A stretch of DNA of 32,000 bases from Trichlorobacter lovleyi SZ (GTDB lineage: Bacteria; Desulfobacterota; Desulfuromonadia; Geobacterales; Pseudopelobacteraceae): positions 1,800,001-1,832,000 of the forward strand of contig NC_010814.1 in the NCBI RefSeq assembly GCF_000020385.1, given 5' to 3'. The notes below the pieces were generated by a model, which saw nothing but the letters and a program-made list of their open reading frames with translations, had not been told where the DNA came from and made no database searches. A program made the translations under genes and the position numbers. The stretch's first letter is position 1; every line of letters begins with the position of its first letter. This document shows, piece after piece, positions 22,836-32,000 of this stretch.

Positions 22836-25800
22836 CTACTTCACAACTATCCGATCCACTACCAGGCTGCCGGAACCTATTGAGAGCGTGCCTTGCAATG
22901 TTGTCGAGCCGCTGACGCTCCTGACGAACGTTGCCAAATATCCGCCTGTTAGCTTAAGTGGCTTGTTGATGACAGTAGAGACCGGCAGAATATCCTCCAA
23001 CAGCATGATGGTTGTTGTGGAGTCTGTTGCAGCAGCGGCGTAGGCTTCCGCAAAACTTGAATATCCGGTGCTGGCAATCATTGCCTTGGGAGCCAGGTTA
23101 AAGGCGGCCGTGACGGTTTTGGATTCTGTCATGGACAGGCTGCAACCTCCGGTTCCACTGCATGCGTTGCCCCAGGTGCCAAATGTCGAGATAGAGGAAG
23201 GCGAGGCAGACAGGTTGACGGTCCCTGAGAAAAGACCATCACAGGTAACCGGATCATTACCGGATTTGATGCAGGAGATACCGGAAGGGCTGCTGGTAAC
23301 CGTGCCATAGCCGGTTCCGGAAACGGTAACCGAAAGGGTTGGTGTCCATACGGCATTGAGTGTAACAGTTGCATCTGTGCTGTAGGTTCCTGCTGCCGGG
23401 TAGGCTGTGCCGCTAGCGTCAGCCGCTGTATTCCAGCCTGTAAAGGTGTAACCGTTCTTGGTGAGGCTGCCGCTGTTCGTGGCCAGCGTCAGGTCAATGC
23501 CATGGTATTTAATTTGTGGAGCAGGCACGGTGCCGCTGGTTGCACCGTTGGCGCTGTAGGTTACAGCGTAGGTTGGCATCAGAACAATCTGGGCAGTATT
23601 CACGGCATTGTGATGATGCAGCAGCAGCAGTCCTTTGGACCCATTTGCTGCAATGGCTGATTTGTCATAGTTGAAGCTAAATGGAGAGTCTGCGGTATCG
23701 TACCAGATCGCTCCCCCTTGTGGAGTGAAGGATTGGCTGGCAACATCGTATGACATAACAGGGCTGGTACTCACGGCATCGACCGCATCATGACTAAAGG
23801 ACACAACCCTGAAATTGAATTTGGTGTTGCTGCCTTCCACCAGCCCGATACTTGAAAGCGGTGCCATCAGAGTCATGACGTTATTGTTGAAGAGGTTGGT
23901 GTTGATGCTGCCACTCAGTCCATTCAAATAGTAATAGGCAGTGGCGCTGGCCGTGGACAGGTTTGCAACCACGGAAATCATGGTGTCGGTCCCGGTGAAA
24001 TAGGAGTTGTAGACAACATAATCGTCTATTCCATCTTCGTTTGTATCAATATAGATGTCGAACTCCACAGAGCTGGGAGTGTCCCATATGCCGTAGGTAG
24101 AGATACCAAAGTACATCGCTGCACTTCCGAATGCTGTTGCCGGGTAATTTGAAGCTGCTCCGATGTACTGTAGCGCAGCAGCAGAAGCTGGGCTGGTGCT
24201 GGATACCGTATTCGGCATGCTTTCTTTCAGTTCCAGAAGCGTTATTATGGATCTGTCATCGCTGGTATATACCTCTGTACCGGTGGGGGTTAGTTGTGAT
24301 GTACCCGTTGTTGCGGATGGCAAATAAATGCCGGGTTGAAGCACACTCATGGCTGAAGCCGGACGTGCAGCGATGTGGACAGGGACGCGCAGGGCCGGGG
24401 CTGAACCGGTGGAGGTGAGGGTCACATAGCCGCCCCCCTCACTGAAACGTTGGCGTTCGCCTGTTACGAGCGTTGGGTCAAGGGCCTTTGTAAGCAGGCT
24501 GGCATTGACTGTAGCCTGTACCTTTATTGCAAGGGCACTGCCTGCCGGAACGGTTACCGGGTTGGAAAGCGGGCTGCCGTTGGCATTCAGCACTGTGAAC
24601 GTGAGACCTGAATTGGTCTGGTAGCGCGAGTCAAAGCTTATGTTGTACGATGCTGCCTCAGTACCCTTGTTGTTGATTGTAATATTTTTGGTAAAGCTAC
24701 TCTGTGAACCTGCCAATACCTCGACCACCCCAAAAGCCACACTGACCTGTTCTGGGTTGGTGGTGTTATAGGCGATCACCTGCGATGCCGCGGCATTAAC
24801 AGTGCTTACCCGACCGGCACCAATCCTGCTGGGGGTATATTTGTTGCCGGTTTTGTTTGTGCCGGTAAATAGATCATTGGCGGCGGTATTCATGGCCAGG
24901 GCCTTCAGTTCGGTAACTGACCAGGTGGGGTGGATCTGCTTCAAGAGCGCCATCATCCCCGCCACATGGGGTGAAGCCATGGAGGTGCCGGACATGCTGG
25001 TGCCCTGATTCCCGCTGCCGGTTTTCACCGAAAAGATGGTGTCGCCAGGGGCGGCAATATCAGGCTTAAGCCGTGAGCCAAGTCGCGCCAGGCCACGGGA
25101 ACTGGAGCTTGAAACGGTGTCTTCAATACTTGAATCCTGCATAACCAGGCTGTTGCGATGGGCTGAGGTCAGCAAAACCGTGACGGTACCGGTTCCCAGA
25201 TCAGCCTTGAGATTTGTGCCAATGGCCTGGTATGTCATCATGGAGGGGATCGTGATGCTGGCGCCGGTCCCGTCATCGCTCATGGCAAATGGGAATGACG
25301 AGACATTGTTAACAATCAGCACGCCGAGCGCACCGGCATCCTGCGCGAATTTTACTTTTGTGGCGAAGCTGCAGGTTCCGCGATCAATGAGCGCAATTTT
25401 CCCACTGACGTTATTCGTGATGGTACTGCAACCTATAGCTGGCGAGGCGTATACCAGGTCACCAGTCTGGCTGAAGGTCTGCGGGCCAAAGGCAGCTTCA
25501 ACACCTGAGTACAGGCCAACCGGCATGGTTGCTGACGGAGCTGTTGTTGCCGTTACTTCAAAGGCGCTACCAATTGCACCACTATCGACACTGTTGGCAA
25601 CACTTACGGCATAACTTGCAACAGCAGGAGAGCCGGTGATGTAATTTATATCACCGTCATTGCCCGCTGAAGCAACCACAATCACGCCCGCCAGGGCTGC
25701 ATTGTTTGCAGCAACAGCAGAGGTGTCATACTCAGAACCAAAGGCAGACCCCAGCGACATGTTGATCACATCCAGGTGATCGCTTGTGTCGCCATCACCA

Positions 25801-26807
25801 TTGGGATCCATGGCCCATTCAATTGCCTGCTCGGTAACGTTCGTGGAACCTGTACAACCGAAGACGCGCAGTGCATACAGGTCCGCCTTGGGGGCTACCC
25901 CAGGGGCAATGCGGAATTTGCTGGTATAGTCAGCTGCTGACAGGTCTTTCAAGCCGGCATAGGTGTCTGCGCCGGATTCAACATAGGTGGTGCCATCGGT
26001 TTTAACACCAAAGCCTGCTGCAGAGCCGGCAACGTGACTGCCATGACCGTAACAGTCCATCGGATTGTTATCGGGAACCGGGGTATTGCTGCCGTTATAG
26101 GCATCACCGACAAAGTCCCACCCGCCTTTTACTTTGCTGTTGGGGAAGGTACCGCCGCCAAAGTGCGCATGGGTATAGTCGATGCCGGTATCAATGATGC
26201 CGATTCTGATGCCGGTCCCTTGATAACTGCCCAGGCCACCCCATACTTGCAGTGCACTGATGAGAGGGACGCTGGTGGTGTGATGCAGGACTTTCGGGAT
26301 GATGGGGTGTATTGCCTTTACGCCGGGTAAACCAGCCAGCGTATGCAGGTCTTTCATCTCAACCTTCATCCAGATACCATTATAGGCCTTCTGTGCACGG
26401 AACATCTCGGCAGCGTTCACACCTTGTGATTTGAGTGTGCTCATCACCGTATTTTGTTTCTGTAGGATGCCGTCCAGATGCTTGCGGCCCTGTGCGGGGC
26501 CAAGCGTCTTCGCGGTTTGAGCATACACCAATGCAGCCGGTGCGTCTTCCAACTCGACCACCACCCCTACAGGTCCGCTGACAGTCCCCTGACGGCTGTA
26601 GTAGCCCCGGACTTCAGCCAGGCTTGGTGGTATGGCTTGTACTGTTTTATTGCCCGATGACGCTGCTGCTGCGGTCTGTGTTACAGCGTGGAGTCGGGGT
26701 GAAAGGGGCGCACCTGCAGCCATACTGGCGGTAAAGGCTGCTCCGGTGGTCAACAGGGCTACGGCCAGCAGTAACGGCTGGAGAAGTCTTGCAATACAGT
26801 TCTTCAT
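22836..26807 (-). CDS. Large secreted subtilisin-like (S8) serine protease with I9 propeptide, PA domain and C-terminal repeat/adhesion-type domains
   Basis: 1323 aa with a signal peptide. The catalytic triad contexts are IGIIDTGID, GHGSHVAG and GTSMASPHVAG. The PA-domain insert is GKIALIDRGTCSFATKVKFAQDAGALGVLIVNN. The C-terminus has a Listeria-Bacteroides-type repeat (NGYTFTGWNT). Confidence 0.9.
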   Translation of the reverse strand: MKNCIARLLQPLLLAVALLTTGAAFTASMAAGAPLSPRLHAVTQTAAAASSGNKTVQAIPPSLAEVRGYYSRQGTVSGPVGVVVELEDAPAALVYAQTAKTLGPAQGRKHLDGILQKQNTVMSTLKSQGVNAAEMFRAQKAYNGIWMKVEMKDLHTLAGLPGVKAIHPIIPKVLHHTTSVPLISALQVWGGLGSYQGTGIRIGIIDTGIDYTHAHFGGGTFPNSKVKGGWDFVGDAYNGSNTPVPDNNPMDCYGHGSHVAGSAAGFGVKTDGTTYVESGADTYAGLKDLSAADYTSKFRIAPGVAPKADLYALRVFGCTGSTNVTEQAIEWAMDPNGDGDTSDHLDVINMSLGSAFGSEYDTSAVAANNAALAGVIVVASAGNDGDINYITGSPAVASYAVSVANSVDSGAIGSAFEVTATTAPSATMPVGLYSGVEAAFGPQTFSQTGDLVYASPAIGCSTITNNVSGKIALIDRGTCSFATKVKFAQDAGALGVLIVNNVSSFPFAMSDDGTGASITIPSMMTYQAIGTNLKADLGTGTVTVLLTSAHRNSLVMQDSSIEDTVSSSSSRGLARLGSRLKPDIAAPGDTIFSVKTGSGNQGTSMSGTSMASPHVAGMMALLKQIHPTWSVTELKALAMNTAANDLFTGTNKTGNKYTPSRIGAGRVSTVNAAASQVIAYNTTNPEQVSVAFGVVEVLAGSQSSFTKNITINNKGTEAASYNISFDSRYQTNSGLTFTVLNANGSPLSNPVTVPAGSALAIKVQATVNASLLTKALDPTLVTGERQRFSEGGGYVTLTSTGSAPALRVPVHIAARPASAMSVLQPGIYLPSATTGTSQLTPTGTEVYTSDDRSIITLLELKESMPNTVSSTSPASAAALQYIGAASNYPATAFGSAAMYFGISTYGIWDTPSSVEFDIYIDTNEDGIDDYVVYNSYFTGTDTMISVVANLSTASATAYYYLNGLSGSINTNLFNNNVMTLMAPLSSIGLVEGSNTKFNFRVVSFSHDAVDAVSTSPVMSYDVASQSFTPQGGAIWYDTADSPFSFNYDKSAIAANGSKGLLLLHHHNAVNTAQIVLMPTYAVTYSANGATSGTVPAPQIKYHGIDLTLATNSGSLTKNGYTFTGWNTAADASGTAYPAAGTYSTDATVTLNAVWTPTLSVTVSGTGYGTVTSSPSGISCIKSGNDPVTCDGLFSGTVNLSASPSSISTFGTWGNACSGTGGCSLSMTESKTVTAAFNLAPKAMIASTGYSSFAEAYAAAATDSTTTIMLLEDILPVSTVINKPLKLTGGYLATFVRSVSGSTTLQGTLSIGSGSLVVDRIVVK

Positions 26808-27346
26808 GATACTACCTCGATAGGGGGGGATTCATGCATAAACATGGTGAGTTCTGATTGGCTGCGCATTGTTGTATTCCGTCGGGCCGGTACTGTTATC
26901 ACGTACGACCGCCCGTGGAAGGTCTTTTGTGTGATTGTTACTCATACAAAAAGTTACTACGCTTTTTTATGATGTCAATCGAGTCCACCAAATAAAGCAG
27001 TAGCCCGTGATTTTTTTGGTTTGCCGGCAGAGTGATGCGCAGTTGCTGCCGGGACATTTGGCGGGTATCAATGTTGTAATCAGGGCAAGCATGCGGGTAC
27101 CTGAGTCGTCTCAGGACAAACGCAGGTTTGGGTAATAAACTAAAACTGTGGATGTTTTGTGTGCGCAACGATCAAGAGGTCTGCTGGGTACTAACGTGCA
27201 TCCGTTTCAAGGAGGTCTGGAGATGTGGCGGTTTATGCTGCATAGTGAATCTTTTCCTGAAAAATGTATAGCTAGTCAGCTCTTTTGAGATAGAATGGCG
27301 GACATGTGACAATGCTGTGCTACTTGAAATCAGGAGATGGATATCC

Positions 27347-30300
27347 ATGAAGTGGTTGCGCTCATTGCCCATACATATGCTGATTCTGCTGCTGCTCATG
27401 CTAGTGGCGCTGCCTTCCATCGGCATTATTATACAATCCGGGCTTCAGGTGAGAGAAGCTACCAGCAATGATGCCGGCAAGGCATCAAGCTACCTGCTTA
27501 ACAGCGTTGTTGCAGAATTACAGACCAAGGTTGACAGTTCCCGTCAGTTGTTGGAAATGCTGGCACTTTTCCCGGAAGTGCGCCAAAAAAACAGTGCGGC
27601 CACCAGCCGTTTACTGGCTGACCTGCTTGCCAGATATCCTCTGTATACCAATATCATTATTGTTGACCGCTCCGGAGTGCCCTGGGCCAGCGCGATACCG
27701 GATAACAGAAAAATATCCTATGCTGATCGTAAAATTTTTAAGGATGCCGTAGCAACAGGGCACTTTTCACCCGGTGAATATACTATCGGCAAGGCTTCAC
27801 AGAAGCCGATCCTCAACTTTGGTTTGCCGATCAAGGATCAACAGTCTGTTGTTACCAGTGTGATCCTGATCGGAATCAATCTTGAAAAGATCGGCAGTGT
27901 ATTGAATGCACACAGGCTTCCTGCCGAAACCTCTTTTGGCATATTCGATAGCAAAGGGGTTTTTCTCTATAGAACAGCCCGTGCCAATGAGTTTATTGGA
28001 AAACATGATCAACCGCATCTGTTCGAACAGATGAAGAATGGTCCTGAAGAAGGAATTATCGATATTGTCTCCAATGACGGTGTTCACCGTATGGCGGCAT
28101 ACCGCAAAATCCGGCTGTCTGATGATCAGCCCCCCTATGCCTATATCCGGGGAGGGATCCCGCTTGATCATATTGTTAACAAGGCAAATAGCAGCATAGC
28201 AAAAAATCTGACCATTCTGTCAGGCATGCTTTTGCTCGGCTTCACAATAAGCCTGCTGATCAGCAGACGTTGCATTGTCAAACGGATCTCGGCGCTGCAT
28301 GATGCCTCCCAGCGACTGGCCGCCGGTGATTACCGGGTAAATGTTGACAAAGAGGTTGAGGGGGGAGAGCTGGGAAAGCTCGCAGAGGCCTTCAACACCA
28401 TGGCTGGCAAACTGATTCAGAGAGAGAAGGCGTTGGCTGCCAGTGAACGCTTTCTGAATACAGTCATCGACACGGAACCGGAGTGTGTCAAACTGCTTGA
28501 TGCCGATTGCAACCTGCTGATGATGAACCGGGCCGGGCTTGGGATAATAGAGGCTGACTCTTTTGAACAGGTACAAGGGCAATGTGTCTGTTCCTTGATT
28601 GCACCGCCTTACCAAGCCGCTTTTCGCGAACTGACCAGACAGGTTTTTCTGGGAATTCAGGGACGGCTTGAATTTGAAGCCATCGGGCTTAAAGGCCGCC
28701 ATGTCTGGCTGGAAACCCATGCGGTGCCGTTTCACGATGATCAGGGGAATATTACCTCCCTGCTGGGGGTTACCCGTAATATTTCCGAGCGGAAACAGTT
28801 TGAGCAGGCAATCAAGGCTGAACGTGATCACTTTCAGGCCTTGTTTGAAAATGACGGCTCGGCCCACGTGATTGTTTCATCAGATCGCCGGATTGTGAAG
28901 GTTAACCGGCAGTTCTGTGAGATGTTCGGGTATGACGAAGCCGAACTGCTGGGGGAATCAACGCTCATACTGCATGTTGACCAGAAACATTATGACGAGT
29001 GGGCTCCCAACTTCCGGCAGGCGTTGGATAGCAAGGAACATTTCAGCGCCGAATTTCCCTGGCGTCGCAAGGATACCAGCATATTCTGGTGCGTCTTTAA
29101 CGGGGTCAGGCTGGAGCTTGTTTCCGGTGATATCGTTGCCGTCTGGACGGTGATTGATATTACCGCACGTAAACAGGCGGAACAGCAACTGCGATCAGCC
29201 AAGGAGGCGGCTGAGGCGGCGAACTCCGCCAAGAGCGCATTTCTTGCCAACATGAGCCATGAAATCCGTACCCCCATGAACGGGATTATCGGCATGACGC
29301 ACCTGCTGCAGACAACCGTCATAACGCCTGAGCAGGAGCATTACCTCGAAAATATTGAAAATTCGGCGAACAGTCTGACGACCCTGATCAGTGACATCCT
29401 TGACCTGTCGAAGATCGAGTCCGGCAAACTGGAGCTGGAATACAGCGACTTTTCCCTGCGCCGTTGCATCCGGGAACTGCTTGCCAGCCAACAGTTTCAG
29501 ATTCAGCATAAAGAACTTATGGTTCAGACCGACATAGCGGATAACGTGCCGGATATCCTGCGGGGCGATCAGTTGCGTACTCGGCAGATCCTGTTGAACC
29601 TGATCGGTAATGCCATAAAATTTACGGAACAGGGCTCCATTGCCATTACTGCCCGCTTGGTAGCCCAACAGGATGACCTTGCTTTGATCCGGCTCAGCAT
29701 TTCAGATACCGGTATCGGTATGTCGCCACAGCAGGTTGACCGGATCTTTGCTCCTTTTGAACAGGCTGATAACTCAATTACCAGAAAATATGGCGGGAGC
29801 GGTTTAGGGTTGGCAATCTGCCAGCGTTTGATTGAGTTGATGGGAGGCCGGATCTGGGCTGAAAGCACAGAAGGGAACGGCAGCAGCTTCCATATTGAGA
29901 TGCGTTTTTTTATTCCGGAATCTTCAGCAATCCAATCATTTGCAGACAACGTGTCGCTGTCAGAACCAGTTACCCGGCAAAACCTGAATATTCTGCTTGC
30001 AGAGGATAACAAGGTTAACGCTGAGTTTATTGTAAAAATACTGGGTAGAACCGGACACAGGATTACTGCGGTGGAGAATGGTCAGCAGGCGCTGGAGCTG
30101 TTACAGCACCAGCGATTTGATTGTGTCCTGATGGATATACAGATGCCGGTGTTGGGAGGCGACGCTGCTACCCAAATCATCCGGGAACAGGAGCTTGGTA
30201 CAGGGGAGCATATCCCGATCATCGCACTCACCGCCCATGCCATGACCGATGAACGGATACGGTTACTGAGTCAGGGGTTTGATGCCCATGTATCCAAGCC

Positions 30301-30370
30301 GGTGGATATCAGTTTTCTCGTTTCCGAGCTGGAACGTGTGACATCTGCTCAACTCAACCAGCCACGATAG
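27347..30370 (+). CDS. Hybrid sensor histidine kinase (periplasmic Cache-like domain, HAMP, 2 PAS, HisKA, HATPase, C-terminal REC)
   Basis: The start is taken at ATG 27347 (RBS AGGAGA). The H-box is FLANMSHEIRTPMNG, with GSGLGLAICQRL. The receiver has ILLAEDNKVN, VLMDIQMP, ALTAHAM and VSKP. Confidence 0.9.
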   Translation: MKWLRSLPIHMLILLLLMLVALPSIGIIIQSGLQVREATSNDAGKASSYLLNSVVAELQTKVDSSRQLLEMLALFPEVRQKNSAATSRLLADLLARYPLYTNIIIVDRSGVPWASAIPDNRKISYADRKIFKDAVATGHFSPGEYTIGKASQKPILNFGLPIKDQQSVVTSVILIGINLEKIGSVLNAHRLPAETSFGIFDSKGVFLYRTARANEFIGKHDQPHLFEQMKNGPEEGIIDIVSNDGVHRMAAYRKIRLSDDQPPYAYIRGGIPLDHIVNKANSSIAKNLTILSGMLLLGFTISLLISRRCIVKRISALHDASQRLAAGDYRVNVDKEVEGGELGKLAEAFNTMAGKLIQREKALAASERFLNTVIDTEPECVKLLDADCNLLMMNRAGLGIIEADSFEQVQGQCVCSLIAPPYQAAFRELTRQVFLGIQGRLEFEAIGLKGRHVWLETHAVPFHDDQGNITSLLGVTRNISERKQFEQAIKAERDHFQALFENDGSAHVIVSSDRRIVKVNRQFCEMFGYDEAELLGESTLILHVDQKHYDEWAPNFRQALDSKEHFSAEFPWRRKDTSIFWCVFNGVRLELVSGDIVAVWTVIDITARKQAEQQLRSAKEAAEAANSAKSAFLANMSHEIRTPMNGIIGMTHLLQTTVITPEQEHYLENIENSANSLTTLISDILDLSKIESGKLELEYSDFSLRRCIRELLASQQFQIQHKELMVQTDIADNVPDILRGDQLRTRQILLNLIGNAIKFTEQGSIAITARLVAQQDDLALIRLSISDTGIGMSPQQVDRIFAPFEQADNSITRKYGGSGLGLAICQRLIELMGGRIWAESTEGNGSSFHIEMRFFIPESSAIQSFADNVSLSEPVTRQNLNILLAEDNKVNAEFIVKILGRTGHRITAVENGQQALELLQHQRFDCVLMDIQMPVLGGDAATQIIREQELGTGEHIPIIALTAHAMTDERIRLLSQGFDAHVSKPVDISFLVSELERVTSAQLNQPR

Positions 30371-30399
30371 TCAGCACTGACCCCCTGTCTTTGGGTAAA

Positions 30400-31098
30400 T
30401 CAGCTTGCCGCAGCAGTTCCAAGCAGTTTTTCATACATGGCCAGCAGTGTTTCATTACTGAGGGCAACAACCATTGGATGTGGGACGCCTTTGTGTTCTG
30501 CTCCGTTTTTGACGATCATCTCATACAGCTCCCCGATGTACATTGAATAGGCCTTGCGGTAATAGTCCCACCAGACCGGTAGTCCGTCCGGTGACTGGTC
30601 AAAGAGCTGGCTCAGAAGGTGGTGCAGTACCCGCAGTTTCATTTCAGCCCAGGCACTTTCATGCAGTGCCTTTTCATAGCACCAGGTGTAATCCGGGTAG
30701 GCCTCTGACTGCTGCATCAGCTGGGTGGCCGGCAGCAACCGCTCGTCTTCCAGGGAAGAGGCGATCCCGCGGTTTATTGATCCGCAAATGAGTTCACAGT
30801 CGTCAGCAAATTTGCCGCTTAGCAACAGCTGGTTTACCACCGCCACCTGAATGGTGGTTGCTATAAGCCCCCGGAACGTCCCGTTGAGGTTAGCACTTTG
30901 CACGACGGCAATGAGGTCCAGGTGGAGGCGTTCTTCCAAGGACTCTCGTAAAGCTGGATTCTGCTGAAATACGCTGATTTCAAAGTGTTCATGTGCCAGC
31001 GTCTCACTGCCAATCAGCATATCCAGGCACTCCTTGATGCTGTTGGTGATCTTTTCCTTTGTCTGGGTATTGATGGACAAATCAGTTTCCGGTTTCAC
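30400..31098 (-). CDS. Hypothetical protein
   Basis: The 232-aa ORF is predicted soluble. No motif was recognised. Confidence 0.45.
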   Translation of the reverse strand: MKPETDLSINTQTKEKITNSIKECLDMLIGSETLAHEHFEISVFQQNPALRESLEERLHLDLIAVVQSANLNGTFRGLIATTIQVAVVNQLLLSGKFADDCELICGSINRGIASSLEDERLLPATQLMQQSEAYPDYTWCYEKALHESAWAEMKLRVLHHLLSQLFDQSPDGLPVWWDYYRKAYSMYIGELYEMIVKNGAEHKGVPHPMVVALSNETLLAMYEKLLGTAAAS

Positions 31099-31226
31099 TC
31101 GATCCTCCTGATGGTGTAGTGATAGTTGGTGTGGGGAGATAACCGCTTTTCAGGACAAGCGCCATGGGGCCGGGTCTTTGGTTTATGGTCCGTACCGGCT
31201 TTTTCTTGAATTGAAGCTATCGTTTC

Positions 31227-32000
31227 TCAACCTGATAATGACTGCCAGGGGTACAGGCCATGCACACGGCCATGCAGGCGGGCAATTCCAAGCAGGATGT
31301 CGATATTCGTGGTTGACTCACCTGTTTTCTGTCCGATTTCGCGCACAGCGCTGACAAGCGCATCAAGCTCTATGGCTCTCCCAGCAGCGGCATCCTGGAG
31401 CATGGAGGTCTTGAATGCTCCCAGTTTGCGGGTGACAGCATTCCTCTCCTCGCCGCTCTGGCTAACCGGGCAGCCGATTTTAGCGCCGATGCGCGACGCC
31501 TCTGCCATGACGTCCAGACAGAAGCGGTTGACCAGCGGATCATCGAGAATTTGGTCGCAGGTGGCCCCCGTGATGGCAGAGACCGGATTCATCGTCATGT
31601 TTCCCCAGAGTTTGAACCAGATGTCGCTCTGGATATTTCTGGAGACCTCTACTTCAAGTGTTGCCGAGCCAAGCAGCTGCTCCAGCTTGCGTAGTCTCTC
31701 GGAATCGCTGCCGTTGGGCTCCCCGATAATCAGCCTTTTGCCGAAGACATGGCGTATAAAGCCCGGCTCCAGCAGGGAGAAACTGCCATGTACGACACAG
31801 CCCAGCACGTGTGCAGCAGGAATCCTGGCGGCAATTAAACCGTCCGGGTCCACTGATGCAAGTCTTGTCCCGGCATAGGTGCCCCCGAATCCGTCAAAAA
31901 ACCACCAGGGGATACCATTCATTGCAGTCAAAACCGTCGTGTCCGGGCCGATTAACGGGGCGATTCCCTGGGCAACCTGTCCCAGGGCAGTGGCCTTGAC
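31227..32000 (-). CDS. 2-dehydropantoate 2-reductase (ketopantoate reductase, PanE/ApbA family), N-terminus outside the window
   Basis: The frame is open to the window edge (VKATALGQVAQGIAPLIGPDTTVLTAMNGIPWW...). SMLQDAAAGRAIELDALVSAVREIG matches the family signature SM.qD...gr.tEid. Confidence 0.8.
   Translation of the reverse strand, partial: VKATALGQVAQGIAPLIGPDTTVLTAMNGIPWWFFDGFGGTYAGTRLASVDPDGLIAARIPAAHVLGCVVHGSFSLLEPGFIRHVFGKRLIIGEPNGSDSERLRKLEQLLGSATLEVEVSRNIQSDIWFKLWGNMTMNPVSAITGATCDQILDDPLVNRFCLDVMAEASRIGAKIGCPVSQSGEERNAVTRKLGAFKTSMLQDAAAGRAIELDALVSAVREIGQKTGESTTNIDILLGIARLHGRVHGLYPWQSLSG

Noticed and set aside
26808-27346. Long leaders/spacers (protease-kinase spacer at 26808-27346, and 20499-20660) inspected for GEMM-type cyclic-dinucleotide riboswitches, which are common upstream of Geobacter cytochrome and protease genes
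   Set aside because: I could not find the conserved GEMM core (the ACGCAAAGCC-type segment with a paired GNRA hairpin and receptor) on either strand by eye. A covariance-model scan would be needed to be certain.
1-32000. Search for CRISPR arrays, IS elements, transposases, integrases, and tRNA or rRNA genes
   Set aside because: I saw no regularly spaced direct repeats, no transposase- or integrase-like ORFs, no terminal inverted repeats flanking a segment, and no tRNA-like cloverleaf candidates in the intergenic regions. The repeated cassettes are diverged paralogous genes, not mobile repeats.

Overview
The window looks like a chromosomal respiratory and signalling region from a Geobacter/Desulfuromonadales-type bacterium. 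That assignment is an inference from gene content; no database search was possible.

Gene order:
- 1-6516 (+): partial Mrp/ApbC Fe-S carrier, DUF1858-like redox protein, succinate-semialdehyde dehydrogenase (gabD), NifX/NifB-type protein, sigma54 enhancer-binding response regulator, a histidine kinase with heme motifs in its periplasmic domain, and a peroxiredoxin whose catalytic Cys codon is an in-frame TGA (probable selenocysteine).
- 6827-8016 (+): a sigma54 promoter, two tiny signal-peptide single-pass proteins, a zinc-ribbon membrane protein, and a tatA gene that the ORF track misses.
- 18850-8080 (-): a long run of genes holding two more sigma54-driven cassettes. Each has a tiny membrane protein, an Asp-less receiver-like protein and a 58-aa ORF absent from the track.
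  - One cassette (14525-13553) leads a pentaheme / Tat-FeS / NrfD-like / dodecaheme cytochrome module (13478-9608).
  - The other (18850-17670) leads a NifX-like / 89-aa / HAD / pentaheme cytochrome operon (17562-14845).
- 19086-32000: a PAS histidine kinase, an octaheme cytochrome convergent with a 1323-aa subtilisin-like protease, a hybrid dCache-PAS kinase, a hypothetical protein, and a partial ketopantoate reductase.

No rRNA, tRNA, CRISPR array or mobile element was recognised.

The most unusual signal is the three-fold repeated sigma54 cassette of very small paralogous membrane proteins plus pseudo-receivers attached to the cytochrome operons. I cannot assign it to any characterised system.
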